Source: Blasia pusilla (taxonomy: Eukaryota). Taken from it: a stretch of 64,000 nt of DNA. The notes beneath the pieces were generated by a model. It saw only the letters and a list, made by a program, of their open reading frames with translations. It had not been told where the DNA came from and did not search any database. The stretch covers positions 44,640,001 to 44,704,000 of the forward strand of contig CM114271.1 of NCBI GenBank assembly GCA_050084515.1, in the 5' to 3' direction. Position numbers and translations under genes: made by a program. Shown piece by piece: positions 1-13,226 of the stretch. How positions within the stretch are numbered: position 1 is the first letter of the stretch; every line of letters begins with the position of its first letter.

Positions 1-747
1 TTAGGTTATGTCTATATCCTAGGCCTCAATTATAATATAAAAAATAGCAAAATGGTTGAATACTATGTTTATCTTATGCCAAAATAAAAGTTCAAAATAG
101 AATTCATATGCCCTCATTTTTTTGCAAAGATGAAGATAATATTAAAGTTCATTTGGATGTATGATAATCTTATTCTACATATGTATTTGAGTGCAAACAT
201 ATATATTGTCCAAAAAAATGACGTGTTTTATCAAGAAATTTTGATTATATTCAACTATCCTATAATGGTCATAAAGAAGATAGTTCCATGTAAGGGAAAA
301 TTAACCTTTTCCACATAGTATTCAAAGGCTAAAGTCAATTACAAATCTACCAAGAAGGGATGAAAACCATAAAGCTCTACTAGTAGTTGTAAAGAAAGTT
401 GGTTCTAGCACACTACATGCCATATTTAATTCTTAGTTCTTTTATAAAGGATGCCACAAGAAATGACACATTGTAAGCTATAATACTATTTGCGCTAGGG
501 TTAAGAAATACTAATGGCGTCTTTGATTAGTGTAAGATTCTTCTATAAGAAGTTATGACAAATTTTGTGGTTAAGATTTTACAAATTATTTGGAAGTACT
601 ATCACTAAAACTTGTTTTAAATCGTAGTTCTATCATCAATTTGGCACCAAATATCCGGAGGTGTAAAAAAACAGGTGTGAAAAGCAATACCTGCAAAAAG
701 TATTTATTTTTAGCCGGCAAGTTACAGATGTTTAGAGGGAGCAGGAC

Positions 748-785
748 ATTTCTCATAGAGGGAGCGGTCTCCCTCTATGAGAAAT
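748..785. repeat. Perfect 17-bp inverted repeat with 4-nt loop
   Basis: atttctcatagagggag-cggt-ctccctctatgagaaat. Confidence 0.9.
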
Positions 786-1395
786 TAGAAATAAGTAACC
801 ACCTGCAACAATTAACGCAATAAGTAACAACTGCAACAATTAACGCAGAATAATTCGGAGGAAACTTTCTTATTTATTTTCCACCATTAAGGTCTTTCTG
901 TCCATTTTCATCATCACAATTACTCTTTCAATGCTGCAGTCTGGCCTGTGTTTTTTCTCTGTGAAATTACAATTCTACACTTAATCCCTAATATCCAGCA
1001 CAAAACAAGATTGTTTCTCGACTACATGCTCACAACCTGAAATAGAGGCTCGAAACAGTACTACAAGGAGTGAATGAAAGCAACGACCAAGTGTAAATAT
1101 CAAGATAATGCTGACTACACTCCATGGTCAGGTTGGTAAGCAACATCGGCATGGAAAACGTATACACTATGGACTGCTTCACGAGGCTTGAATTGTTCCC
1201 AAAAGACACCTGAGTATTCACTTGACAAAACCTGCTTGGTTTATACATAAAGGATGCTCCGACCTGGAAATGGCCTTTTCATTCCATGCAAGTTCTACAT
1301 CAGTTGTTGACGAACTGATGACCACCTTCTATTCAACTCTCTAAACTCTTTAATCTCGACCCAAGTCATCAGAAGCTTCAAGTAACAGCTTGTAT

Positions 1396-1587
1396 GCACA
1401 TTGGGGATCAGAATGCCATTTCAAATTGCCATTACGGTTGCCTTGTTGGCTAAAGGCAAATTGGCCCCTAAAATTCAGCGTCATATTTAACGCACATTGG
1501 GGATCAGAATGCCATTTCAAATTGCCATTACGGTTGCCTTGTTGGCTAAAAGAAAATTGGCCCCTCAAATTCAGCGTCATATTTAAC
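1396..1587. repeat. Tandem duplication, 2 x 96 bp, in the probable WASHC4 3' UTR
   Basis: gcacattggggatcagaatgcc...cagcgtcatatttaac occurs at 1396-1491 and 1492-1587, near-identical. Confidence 0.95.
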
Positions 1588-1772
1588 ACGGTCCAGGACA
1601 ATGTCACCACTAGTGACAGTTGACTATTCTTTCTAAGGAGAATCGTGAGCTCAACAGTTTCACGTTGTCGATGAGCACGGTCAGTAGTTATAGTGGGCAG
1701 TACCCCGAAGACTCATAACTATTAAAATGGGTGAATGGTGCAAATGGATGGCTGGTTACAATAGTGTTTATC

Positions 1773-4700
1773 CTATTGGAAGAAAATACGAGCACCGCTG
1801 AAGGTGAAACAAATAAGCTCCAGCTCCCTCAAGTAGCTACCAATCCTTTTTATGACCTGCAACAGCATTGGTTCACTTATCAAAAGGAAATGAAAAAATG
1901 AGCCTTTCAACATTTCTAGAATGTAGACAGATAAACAACAACGGATTGGTAGCCCCAATTGACAACCGATCCACGAATTCACGTAGCCAAGTCCCCTGAA
2001 AACTTAAAGGTTGTAAATGTACCAGCTGCATATTCTGAGCTTCCTCTTCCGATATAGACGCAAGTTTTTGACTCCAAATTTGTAATCCATTCATACCACT
2101 CCCAGTACTATCCATGTCAAGGCCATCTTCCATTCGAGCCTTTTCTGCCAAGTAGTGATGTCTTGCAGAATCGAACCAGTGCAAAGAATCAAAATCCTTG
2201 TCTTGACCTAAAACCTGCAGGCATGACAGCATTGAGGCCAGAGATCTTTATCTACTTATAAGTGCACCACAAGATAGTACAGTTAGACTCGACTAGAGAT
2301 GTCAACTTAAGCTACTAGGCACAACTTTACAAAATCGTGGCAAACAGGCCATTGTATGATCACTGACGTAGCTACAGGAGATTTAATATGTATAATCTGA
2401 GAAACAAGCCTGACAACCTCAGTAAATCAACTTCAAATACTATTAAACAGAACTTACCTTGAGAACATAGGCCAATCCAAGCGCAAAGCCGTCATCAGTG
2501 AAGATACCATTGGCTACATCACGGCCTCGCTTGGACAACCTTTCTTTAGCCAGAAGCATAGCTTCTACAGCATTGACAGTGAGAGTTGGCACTATCAAGA
2601 AGAAATCTTTCAAATGCAAGTTATCAGAGCTCCTCAATTCCTGCAAAAAGACAATTTTAAATCAGCTACGAGAACTTGGAGAGTGAAGAATAATTCTTCC
2701 GTATGTGAGTGAGAATAAAAAAAGACCAAATTTACAACACCAAAACCTGACGACAAAGTTCTGAAAAGGAAGCTACAATTATGTAGCAAACAAAAGGTAG
2801 ATCCCCATCACAGCAGCTTTTCCCCCTTTTTTAATGAATTTCTTCATTTTCAGACGCATTTTGAGACCTAGAAATTGATTCTATACCTTGAAATTTGCAG
2901 AAAGTTTAGCAGTGTTGACCAGTTAAAGGAGCATGATATTATTTCAATACAGCTTTGAAGGCTTCAGATAATTTCAGAGCCAAGTAGCTCCTTCCAGAGA
3001 TTTTGAAGGCTTTAAGAGTAATGCAGCCGCTGGGTCAAGAAATTGGTATTACCCTGCAAGGAATGGCTCATGAAATGGGGCACTTCAATCAGTGACCAAC
3101 CAACGGCCACCAACCAGGACCTGTCGGAGCAACTACATCTCTATCAATTGGGACCCGCACAAGAAGCTTTGGGAAATAAATCTTGAAAAAATGGGGAGAG
3201 GGGGCCAATGAGGCGCAACCATATCTTCATAAATACTCATGGATCGATGAAGCAAGCCTCTGATATCTCTGCCCCCATTCCCACTAAGTTATGTCATGCA
3301 CTGGCAAGATTCAGATGTGGATGAACTGATCTTGAGATTGAGAAAGGAAGATTCTCACAGAAGAAAAGAGAGGACAGATTTTGCAACTCGGGGCTCCTTG
3401 ATGATGGACATCATTACTTTTTGCACTGCAACTTTTACAATGACATTATACTTAACTTTCTGAATCTCTTTGCTTTACTCACCCGGCCCTCCAAGTCTCC
3501 CACTTCAAGGCTGGGCAGAATCAGGTTCAGATTGTCATTTCCTACACTGTTTTGCTAAGACTAGGGAAGATCACCTCGCACAAAGGGCCTCTCAGATCCT
3601 TGCTGTTGCTGGTACTTTCTTTTCAACCTGCTGTAAGTTTTTGCAAAGCTAAGCCCCATGGCCCTGTGGGGTCTCCGTGGATGATAAATCTATTCATTCA
3701 TTCATTCATCAAAACCTAACACCGTGGCAATGAAATACTTTCTTAGTCTACTATTTCTTGTCTGCCTAAGGTCAGCAAGACTTATCATCTTTTGTTTCGT
3801 ACTTACCTGGCTAAACACATTGGTTAAAATGCTCAAGTAGTCCATTTGGTCTATAGACATTTTCTGGCTTTCCAAAGCTTGATCAAGAATTTTTCCAGCA
3901 TAAACTCCTCCACCTGTCAATCCTGCCTCCCTGGAATTTTCTTCAAAGCTCATACTCTTCTTCAGATCATGCACAAACCTGCACAACACTCACAAAAATT
4001 GGGTGAGAATTGTAACTGTGACAACATATATATATAACCATGCCCATGTTTGCACACGAAAATGATTTTTTTTTAATGTAAAAATATTTTTCATTTCAAA
4101 GTTTGTGTAATTTTCTTTCTTAATTTATTTTAAAAGAACAATAATATTTCATTTTTAAGTAATATCCAACTTCCTTAAATAATTTCACTCCTCCATAACA
4201 GTTTAAATGATACCTACTCTTCCCATCAAAAGAGCATCCACTAACTAAATTATTACTTAATTTTAATAAGTATAATCATTTCCCTTCTCCATTCAAATTA
4301 ATTTTCCTTCCCCAAAATTTCAAATTTGAATTAACATGATTGTTTTTTTAATCATCTTTTTCCAAAATTTAAATATAATTTTCATTTTCTTAACATTCCA
4401 CTCCTCAATTAAAATTCAAATGGTATCCCTATCCCCTAAATAATTCCAAGTTTCAATAAAATTTAAACATCTACTAATTCTATATTAAAATTCATTTTCC
4501 TTCCCATCAAATATGAAATAAGGGACCAAATTGTAAATTTTTGGTCCCTACCCAAGTATCCCACCATTTTTTCTTATTATAAAACTAGAGGATCACCTAT
4601 CATAATATTAATTAATTAATTAAAGTAGTTTCCTATTCCACTCAAATTCGTTCTCTTTACCCATCCCATGCGACTGCTTTACCCATCTAAAATGATTCAA

Positions 4701-7700
4701 GGAACAAATTTCTACCATGTTGCTCTTAGGTCTTATTGTCCATTTAGGGTCGCCCATTATTATTATTATTATTATTATAGACACACATACACATTTGATC
4801 ACTTAGACTTGCTAACACCATAAAGAGGCAAGAAACCTCCTACTGAGATTCACATCAGTAGTAACCTTCACTTCACTGCTCTCAAAAAGAGCAGCCAAAA
4901 TTTTGCAGAGGTAGCACCTCGAATCTGTCTTCCCACATGCTCTTGCCGAGCCTTCCCACTATCCTAATTTTGAGCATATGAATCATCATTTGAGTCCATT
5001 TCTCAGTAAGAGAATTGACCTCATTTCACAGAGGATATCTCTGTGTCTGCACCAATCCCATTGTTACTACTCCCAATCCTATCTGATTATTTTCTTTGTT
5101 TCTTGATATCAAAACTAGCCCTTGAAGATCTTGCCAATACTCTTTTGGTCACAAGAAAGGACCAAACGTACCCTGATGCAGAACTGCAATAATGAAGCCC
5201 CCCAAGTCGAACCATTCGCACAAATCCAAGAGCATTACCAATTTCTGCAATAAGCCTCCGGAACTGATCCAGGAAACTCAATCCATCATCTGTCAGTCCA
5301 AGTTTCCTGATATCTTTATTCAGCTTCTCTGCCCTCTCTACAGGATAATCCTTGCCACCTTTTTCCCTGTTTTCCTGTAGTACAAGGGTTGACAATAAGA
5401 GAATGAGAGCAGGCATTGCCTCCCTGTGGGCTCACAAGTAATCCTTCTGACATTTCAACTGTAACCCATCCAATTTTCAGGTTTACCTTGCACGAAATGA
5501 TACCATACATTACTGAACCTGCATGGGATCTCACCATGAGACAAGTCCAATGTTCCCGAAGATCCCTGGCCCCGGGAAAGGGCAAGACCTGAGAGAGCAC
5601 AACTCCAGGTCTTCTGACGAAAGCTAAATTTGTCCAAAGAGGTGGAAGTAACTTTGTTAACTAGTTTGTACATGATCAGTGTTCCCATAAGCCAGTTGGA
5701 TTCCCCATGGAATCTATTCGATCCCATAAGAAACCAATTGTAGTCCAATATACCACAATAAAAACGTAGTTGTGGGCCCTAATCCTATAAAACCCTATCC
5801 TGTTATTGTTTACAGTTAAGATTACAGGTCATGAATATTACCTTGTGAAACCGATGCTCTTTAATCAGCCGTGATTTGATGTGGTCATCAAACAAAAATT
5901 GGGAGAAGACGACAAACTTTTGAGCGAGAAACTGGTAGGCAAAATTAACAGTTGTACTCATTATTCCAGTGCCATGAGTCCGGATAGAATTGGCGACGTG
6001 CCTCACATTTACTGTGTTGAGATACTTCCTGTTGCGAGCATTTGACGGCCTCTCTATGAACACCTGATTAGGTGCCACAGATATTAATATGAAGCAATAG
6101 CTCTCTTCCATAGTTTGGAAAACAGCCAGTACAAACATAAAGAAATAGTTTTTAAGGCAGTCTGGTTACCCTTTCCAAAGGCATTTTTAGAATAGGTATT
6201 TGATTTCAATGCTTATCCATCTACATTTCATGCATCAACTCAGTAATATTTCAGTAATACTGATAACTCCCTCCAAAAGTTTCAAACTTTTCACAAAACA
6301 AAGTCAGTTTCACTATTCATAGTTACCATTGACAGTGAAGGTGCTCTGTATATTCCAAAATTTTGCTCACCAAACCATTCACAAGTCATGATTAAGTCAG
6401 AACTTGCAGACCTGAGTGTTGAGATTGTAGGTATAACAGGCCACAAATAAGTGGATATTCCGCATAATTTCTAGTACATCCACTCCCTGCTCCAGTGTCT
6501 GACCAGGTAAATGAATGTCGTCCAGTTCCAAGCCATATTTCAGCTCTGCAAGATGCCGCATTTCTCCATATGTCTGAAATAGAAACACATCAAGACATTG
6601 ACCTGTTCATTACTTCAGCAATAGGAACGTTCAAAGGTCAACCATGCACAGTCCCTGATTCTCCTTGCAGCTCTCGAATCAAACTGTTCCAAGGATCAGT
6701 ACAGGTGCAAATCTTCCATCCATGAGACAGTCAAAGTCAGCATATGCTCACAAACAATATTACTGACCTTCCAGTTATGGAGAGCAACAGCAGCATGGTC
6801 GTAGAAAGCAGCAGCCAAATATTTTTCTACTTGACTTTTGATGTGAATCCGTTTGGAACTTAGTCGTAAGGGTTTCAAATGTATAAACCATGACAAGTCA
6901 CGTACACCCGTCTGAGTGGAGACCGAAGGCAAAAAATCTATGTTAGAACTCGGGAATAGCTCATAGAAATCTGTCAACCAAAGTACCCAAAACACACTGT
7001 CAATTGGAAACTGCACCAAGTCAGTACAATACAAGAGAGAGAGAAAGACTTAAAGAGAGCAAAGATGGATTCAGAAACACTACACTTAACACATTCAAGA
7101 AGGTAAACTAACAAAAGGCAGCTACTATCCCGGTACAAAAATATGCCAAGATGCTACCTTGGTTGGATTAACATTTACAGCACCCTTCAGGTGTGCTGAA
7201 TGCACATGTAGCCGAAGATCAGTTTCTATGTCTCGACACAATGGTGTCAACAATTCCTGCAGTGTCATAAATAAATTATGGAACCAACAATAAAATAATG
7301 ATACTCTTCAAACAAACAAACAGAAAACCTGTCAACCCGATGCCTGCAAGCGCCAAGGAAGCTCTGAATACATTTTAAACAGAAATTACAACACTTACAT
7401 TTTTTATAGCCTCCTCCATCTCTTTCTCATAGGCTTCTATCACTATTCTTTCAGCTTTGCCAGATTTTAGCAAGTTGACCGGATCTTTGAAGGCATTAAC
7501 CACCAACCTATGGCACCGTCAGAGGACCGAATACAAAAGTTACTTTTATCACAAATAAGAGAGGGTCAATAGGGGAATGCTCCAGCTTCTCTCTCCAAGG
7601 CAACAAGACATAGATCCCAACAACTCAAAAGCTCATGACAATAAATCCTAAAAAAAGAAAATAATGTGATGCAGTCACATATCAAGATGTGAATCATGGT

Positions 7701-10700
7701 GAACCACTCTCTCCAAAGTAGTAGCTGCCCCAACGCTGCATATACCAACAAGTTCAGTTGAGAACATACTGAAGGTGACGAGCTTCTCCTGTATGCCCAT
7801 ATAACATGCTGAAACATTTTGGCATTGTCTCTCTGCTCCAGTATAAGAAGCTACAATCAGTAACAAGTTTCACTAGATTGTGGATATCTGCAACCAGCTC
7901 GATGACCGAACTCAGGTCCATCATTTCCGTAGCTGCATCTTCTGGTACTCTGCTCTGTTGACAAAAAATTTGGTGAATCAAAGAAGCCACACAAAATAAA
8001 CATACCACTCACTATTGTATCAAACAAACTCGGAACGAATGCACTGAACAGATTGCTGGAATACTCACAGAGCTACACACAACATCCAAGGCCAGTCGGA
8101 GAACAATACTGCTCTGCATACTGGCACAACCCTGAACCATCTTGATTGCCAGGTTTACCTGCCACTCAAATAATGATAACACACTTACTAGTCGCAGATA
8201 TCAATGTGGGTTGACGCACTTAATGAGCTAAGGTTTATGAAAAATACAAGGAATCAATAACTCCAGCACAAACTCACAGGAACTTCCTGCAAAATCTCAA
8301 GTAAAGGCAAAGCGTCTCCACACGAAAGAGAAACTCACAGCTGCCAATGAGTCCATGATCTTTGTATCCATGTCCTTTCCGCCTAGAAAAGCATCCCAAA
8401 CGACATATAATTAATTCTTTTCCTGACAACGTTGAGGGTAACTAAAGAGGTGATGGACTACTCTTTACAAGTAAATCCTAATTCAGTTAATGGGATTAAG
8501 CTCAGAGTGGTGAACTGTGAATATGTTGAAGTTAAAACTTTTGCATCATGTAATTCATACACCACTGGAAGTACAAAGTAACAAGGGCGTGGGCAGACTA
8601 AAACACTTAATTGGAGGTTTGTTTTGACACAAACATTCCCACCCTAAGTCACTACTTTGTCAACTTGTGCCCTTTAATGATGGTCAGAGGGCTCCTAAAG
8701 TAGCACCAGGAGGCTAGAGAAGGATCACATGTCACTGTAAAACTTATCAAAGCGAGAAAAAGGTAAGTCATTTCATACTTCGGGTGAAAGAACGAGCTAA
8801 CATGACTACGGTGTTGCTTCTCGACATTGCAGACAAGTCTGCCTCAAGCTGAGCCTGCACAGTCCAGGACGTTCTGACTAAATATTGACACACTGATTGT
8901 GAAGAAGTCTAACTTTTCACTCTTGCAGATCAGAAAATCACTCATCCACGCACACTAAACTTTGCCGAGTCCAGATTCTCAAGTCAAATGAACAGAAAAC
9001 CTTGGAGACTTATTTGAACACACAACAAAGGATACCTTCACAGGAATAAGCCGCCTTAAGATTTGAGATTGAGCCAGTTGCAGCATATGACCTATTCCCA
9101 ACGCAGTCTCACTACTTCTCCGATGAAACATTGCCTCCACAGCCTGAGAAATGTAGAACTGTCAAGAAACTGATTCTTCAAAAGCAATAATACAGTAGTT
9201 GTAAGGTCATTTCCTTTTGCAGTGTACATGAAGTCTTATAATATTCTCATTATAGATTACATTCCGAGAGAATATGGCAGTTTACAGAAATCTACCTTGA
9301 GTAATTCAGCAATTTGACGCAAACTTTTCAGTTGCTCCTTGTTGATGGGTACCTGCTACCATTGCACACATTTGTTGGCAATTCCAGGTGCACAAGAGCA
9401 TACAAATATTCCTGTGATTTGCAGCCAAGGATATCATCATATCCTTCCTTCTGTAGTTTCTACTACTGAGAGACATTGAGGATGATATGCATCACTAAAA
9501 GAATAGAGCCAAAAAACTGCACCAAGAACCTCACTGTAAGTACAATTGAATACAAATGAACCACTCACATAAGATTCAAGCATCAAGTAAATCGAAGTTG
9601 TACATTGAGGATGACTAGGAACCCGATACAAAGTTCTACAAACCTCCATATAAGCATGAATGTCTATTGTTGCTCGAAGAATATGACGCAGTTTGTTCGC
9701 CAGGAAAACACCCTGTCATAGTAGAACAAGACCCAAGTCTTAAAGGCAGTGATTTCAAAGCTTTCAAAATTCAGTAGCTAAGTCATTTAGACCCCATAGA
9801 CCCTGACAGCACAGACAAGTCATCTTCACTAACTAAAAATCACATCCTCCGAAAAGAAGTTCAGTCACAGAAAATCACTTGTGACATGATGAAGAATTCA
9901 CTTGAGAACATGGCAGACTAATCTCCTTAGCGCTACTGAACAAGCTCAAGACAGGTGACCAGTATTCTATCACTCTGGCATTCAAATTAATCAAGTGAAC
10001 TGGATTTATGTAAGGTGCATTCATCTAAAAGTGATCAAGCCAGTCACCATTAAAGAGCATCACGCACATCATGAATGGGTGCCATGCCTGGGCAAGTTGC
10101 TTGAATCGTGTTCCAAGCATTGCATGGACTGCCAGTTGTTGAACCTGCTATGAGAAGTTTGAGTAAGCGAATAGCAGAAGAAGGATGTATCCTCTAACCA
10201 AAAACGTGATATTTTATTGGGTTGACTACTAGCTTTACTAGCCTCAACAATCGGAAGAAGTTTCCAGAAATCCTCATGCACTGACTGTGTGATGGATTGT
10301 AGTGATTAAAGTGGGAACACACACGAGCTTAGTAGGATCTAGAACCATCCATACAGCCTGTGAAAACCTCTGCTGCAGCACTTGCATTATAATGAATCAG
10401 GGGGAAATGGAAGGGACACCCTGCATCCTAAAAAGGATTGGAGAGAACATTTCAACTTGAATCAACACTGTCCCTGTGGATGATTCATAACTGTAAAACA
10501 CATTTCTTAAACCATACAACTCACCACGGTAGATACAGTAGAATCGAAAGAAACTAGCCAATTCGCCAGGACGCTACGAAGTGATTGAGAATAGCTGGCA
10601 TCCAAAAACAGTCCATTGTACCAAATTGGCATTGATCACTGGTCACAAGTGTATGATTGTCTTGCACAAGTCCTCCAACTCTACTACAGACTTGAAAACA

Positions 10701-13226
10701 TAAGAGCAGGAGCTACATTGTGGGTATAAGAGGGTGCAAGCCCAGCAATTGACGCCACATGAATTAATACCCTCAACCAGCATAGATCTTTCAAATCAAG
10801 GATACTGGCAGCAGTAATGCAAGCAACCACTGGAACTCACTGTCCACATATGATTAAAAAAAACTTCCATGGATTCATGTCGTGCTCTAGAAGAAATGAG
10901 GATTGTAACAACCTACTCAATGCGTCATCCAAACTGGCAAGAAAATTGCTATTCACAACTCCAGAGTCTTTCCGAGCTTCCTTGATGAAATGAGATGCAA
11001 GAGCCCAGGACGGTAGATGGCCAGCCAACAGCTCTAAAGGAACCAATCTTATGTTGCAGAATAAATGCAGAACTGGAACTCGCCGTTGAACTTCTAAAAT
11101 GATTTTCATCAGCTTTTTCTCTGGAGCCTCACCTGCAATTCCGTTCAATTCAATTAAGAGGAGTTAAAATCATAAGATGCGCGTTAAATGTAAGTAAGAT
11201 CCCCACACTGAGCTCAGAAAAATGTAATGATACTCGATTTTTTTTACAAGCCTCATCACTCCCCAACCCATATCTTAAGTTACTATGAGTACTGGGCTAC
11301 TGATAACACTCAAATAATTGAACATGTAAATGAGAAAATAGATAAATTCAGGCTAAATTCAACACTTACCATTCATCCATGAATGGCATACCCACACTGC
11401 GAGCAAGCCTGCAATTCTTCCTCGATCATTTGGATTTTCTAGTAGTGAATCTACAGAAAACCAAGAATATCCTGAGTCCAATCATGAAACACTACAGAAA
11501 GTGCACAAGCGTATTCATTATGGCACACAGCAGTGAGATGGCGGCAAAAGAATGGGCATGAGACCAAAACTCGTGTGCAAACATTGCAGAATGAGTGCTA
11601 AATGAAGGAACCAAATTCACTCAAATTTCAGCATATTCCAACAGTAGAGCTAACCGAGGCGAGAAAGAGTCTGAAGGAGGCCTTCACGAACACAAAATGA
11701 TATCTCATCAAGACATTGACGATTTGATTTAAGTTTTTGCATGTCCATGTGTCCATAGAAATCCTCTTGCAGGCATCTCTGCATGCCACGGGTCAAGTCA
11801 CCCTCATAAAGAGCTAATTCCCAGAGAACATGACTTCTATTTTCCTAGTTGATGAAGAACAACCACTCTATGTTCTAGACGGAAATGAGAAACTAGGCAC
11901 AGTTTTATGAAAACCTCCATGTCTGATGAACACAACCAGGAAAAGGGGGGAAACAAAGCAACCTGCTGTGATAGTTCATAAATGCGAAACCAACTCAGAT
12001 ATTCTATACATCATCAATTATCGTAGACGTACCTGGAAGAGCCCCCCCATTAATATGCTGTCAACTTTCGCAACCTCACGATCCAACTTCTCCACCTGGT
12101 CTGCCTCCATTCCAAACTTTGATGGCTCACTTCTTACTGAATGTAGCATCCTATTCACCGGTGGAATGGTTCAAATCGTCAGAAACTGCACCCCATGATG
12201 GATGATATGCCTCCCAACATAAGGCAACATTTCAAGTTCCCATGAGCCACAGCCAATACCACACTAACAGACACCGCTAATAGCTCAGCCTTTCCTGTCG
12301 GGCAACTAGAACACGGTGCTTTGGCCGAACAATAATGATGAACAAGAATATTCAATTTGCTAGTGCAAAGTAAAAATGAGACGAACACTTATTTTTAAAC
12401 TTCGTGGATAATTTTTATTGATAAAACTGTGCAGCTGAGAGATAACTGATAGCTTTGAATTTTCGACCTTCGATGTGGGAGGCCCAACCTTGTAAACAAA
12501 GAGAGAGAATGCCCGATAGTTGTGTTTTGCGCCACAATTTCATCAATGGTAATGAGTACAGTGAAACCCTCGGCCAAACACAGCACCACCGTCCGTAGAT
12601 GGACATTCCAAAAAGATGCGTAGAGCCTTCTGTTGTTCTTGGATGCATCGCCTGCGTATATGGCTTCCAGTTGCTGAACAAGATTGGTGAGTAGTCCTCT
12701 CAATTCCGACACGAACTCCAGAAGCTCCTGGAAAAACGTCAAGGATCTTGCGAAAGTTTTCTGCAGATCTCCCTCCAAGGGCACTCCTTCATGGCTTGGA
12801 CGGAGGCCAAACACAGTCAATCGCGGATAAATTTTGGTTAAGACCTGTAATTCCACGTCAATGCGGCCAAGTGAGACAAATTAACGGTCATGTGTCCAGT
12901 TTAAGAACTCAGCGCGTGCAATTAAATCGAGACATGTACGATTCTCATACCTCTTGCCGCATTTGCATTATTTCAAGGCAATCATGTGCCAGGACTGTAA
13001 TAAGTTTGTTAAATTGGAAATTTTCTGTTGTAATGAGGTCTAAGACCGTCGAACCCTCCAACGCCTTCGTCAAAATATGTACAGGATCTTCATTGACGTC
13101 CCCTACATCTCTGGCAGCAGCTTGGGATGAATTGCTATCAATCTGCTCCAATTTTTCCCAAATGTGATTCCTCCACTCATCCACAAATCTGCGGAGCTTC
13201 TCTTGCTGCTCCTCAGCTGAACCCAT
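1773..13226 (-). CDS. WASHC4: WASH complex subunit 4 (SWIP/KIAA1033 family), multi-exon gene (>20 exons)
   Basis: Exon-sized ORF pieces bounded by splice sites read as SWIP: start [18 protein letters not shown] (ATG 13226), [30 protein letters not shown]...[42 protein letters not shown]...[66 protein letters not shown], and C-terminus [19 protein letters not shown] (stop 1773-1775). Not every exon boundary was resolved. Confidence 0.93.
2990..3710 (+). mobile_element. 5'-truncated LINE fragment (same family as 19305-24754) in a WASHC4 intron, antisense to the gene
   Basis: Degenerate [32 protein letters not shown] coding sequence, 3' UTR gccctgtggggtctccgtgga and an (ATTC)n tail at 3692-3709, all matching the reverse complement of about 19305-20050. 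Left boundary approximate. Confidence 0.88.
4030..4780. repeat. AT-rich dispersed repeat (non-autonomous, Helitron-like) in a WASHC4 intron
   Basis: aaataatttcactcctccataa...tacctactcttccc recurs inverted near 27060-27115; related sequence at 38016-38418. Confidence 0.6.

Noticed and set aside
1350-1623. ORFs with an internal peptide repeat
   Set aside because: A consequence of the 96-bp duplication (a multiple of 3) in non-coding DNA.
9427-9434. ATATCCTT (AT-AC U12 donor motif) on the minus strand; GTATCCTT also at ~10798-10805
   Set aside because: Both lie inside introns; the flanking exons already join in frame without them.
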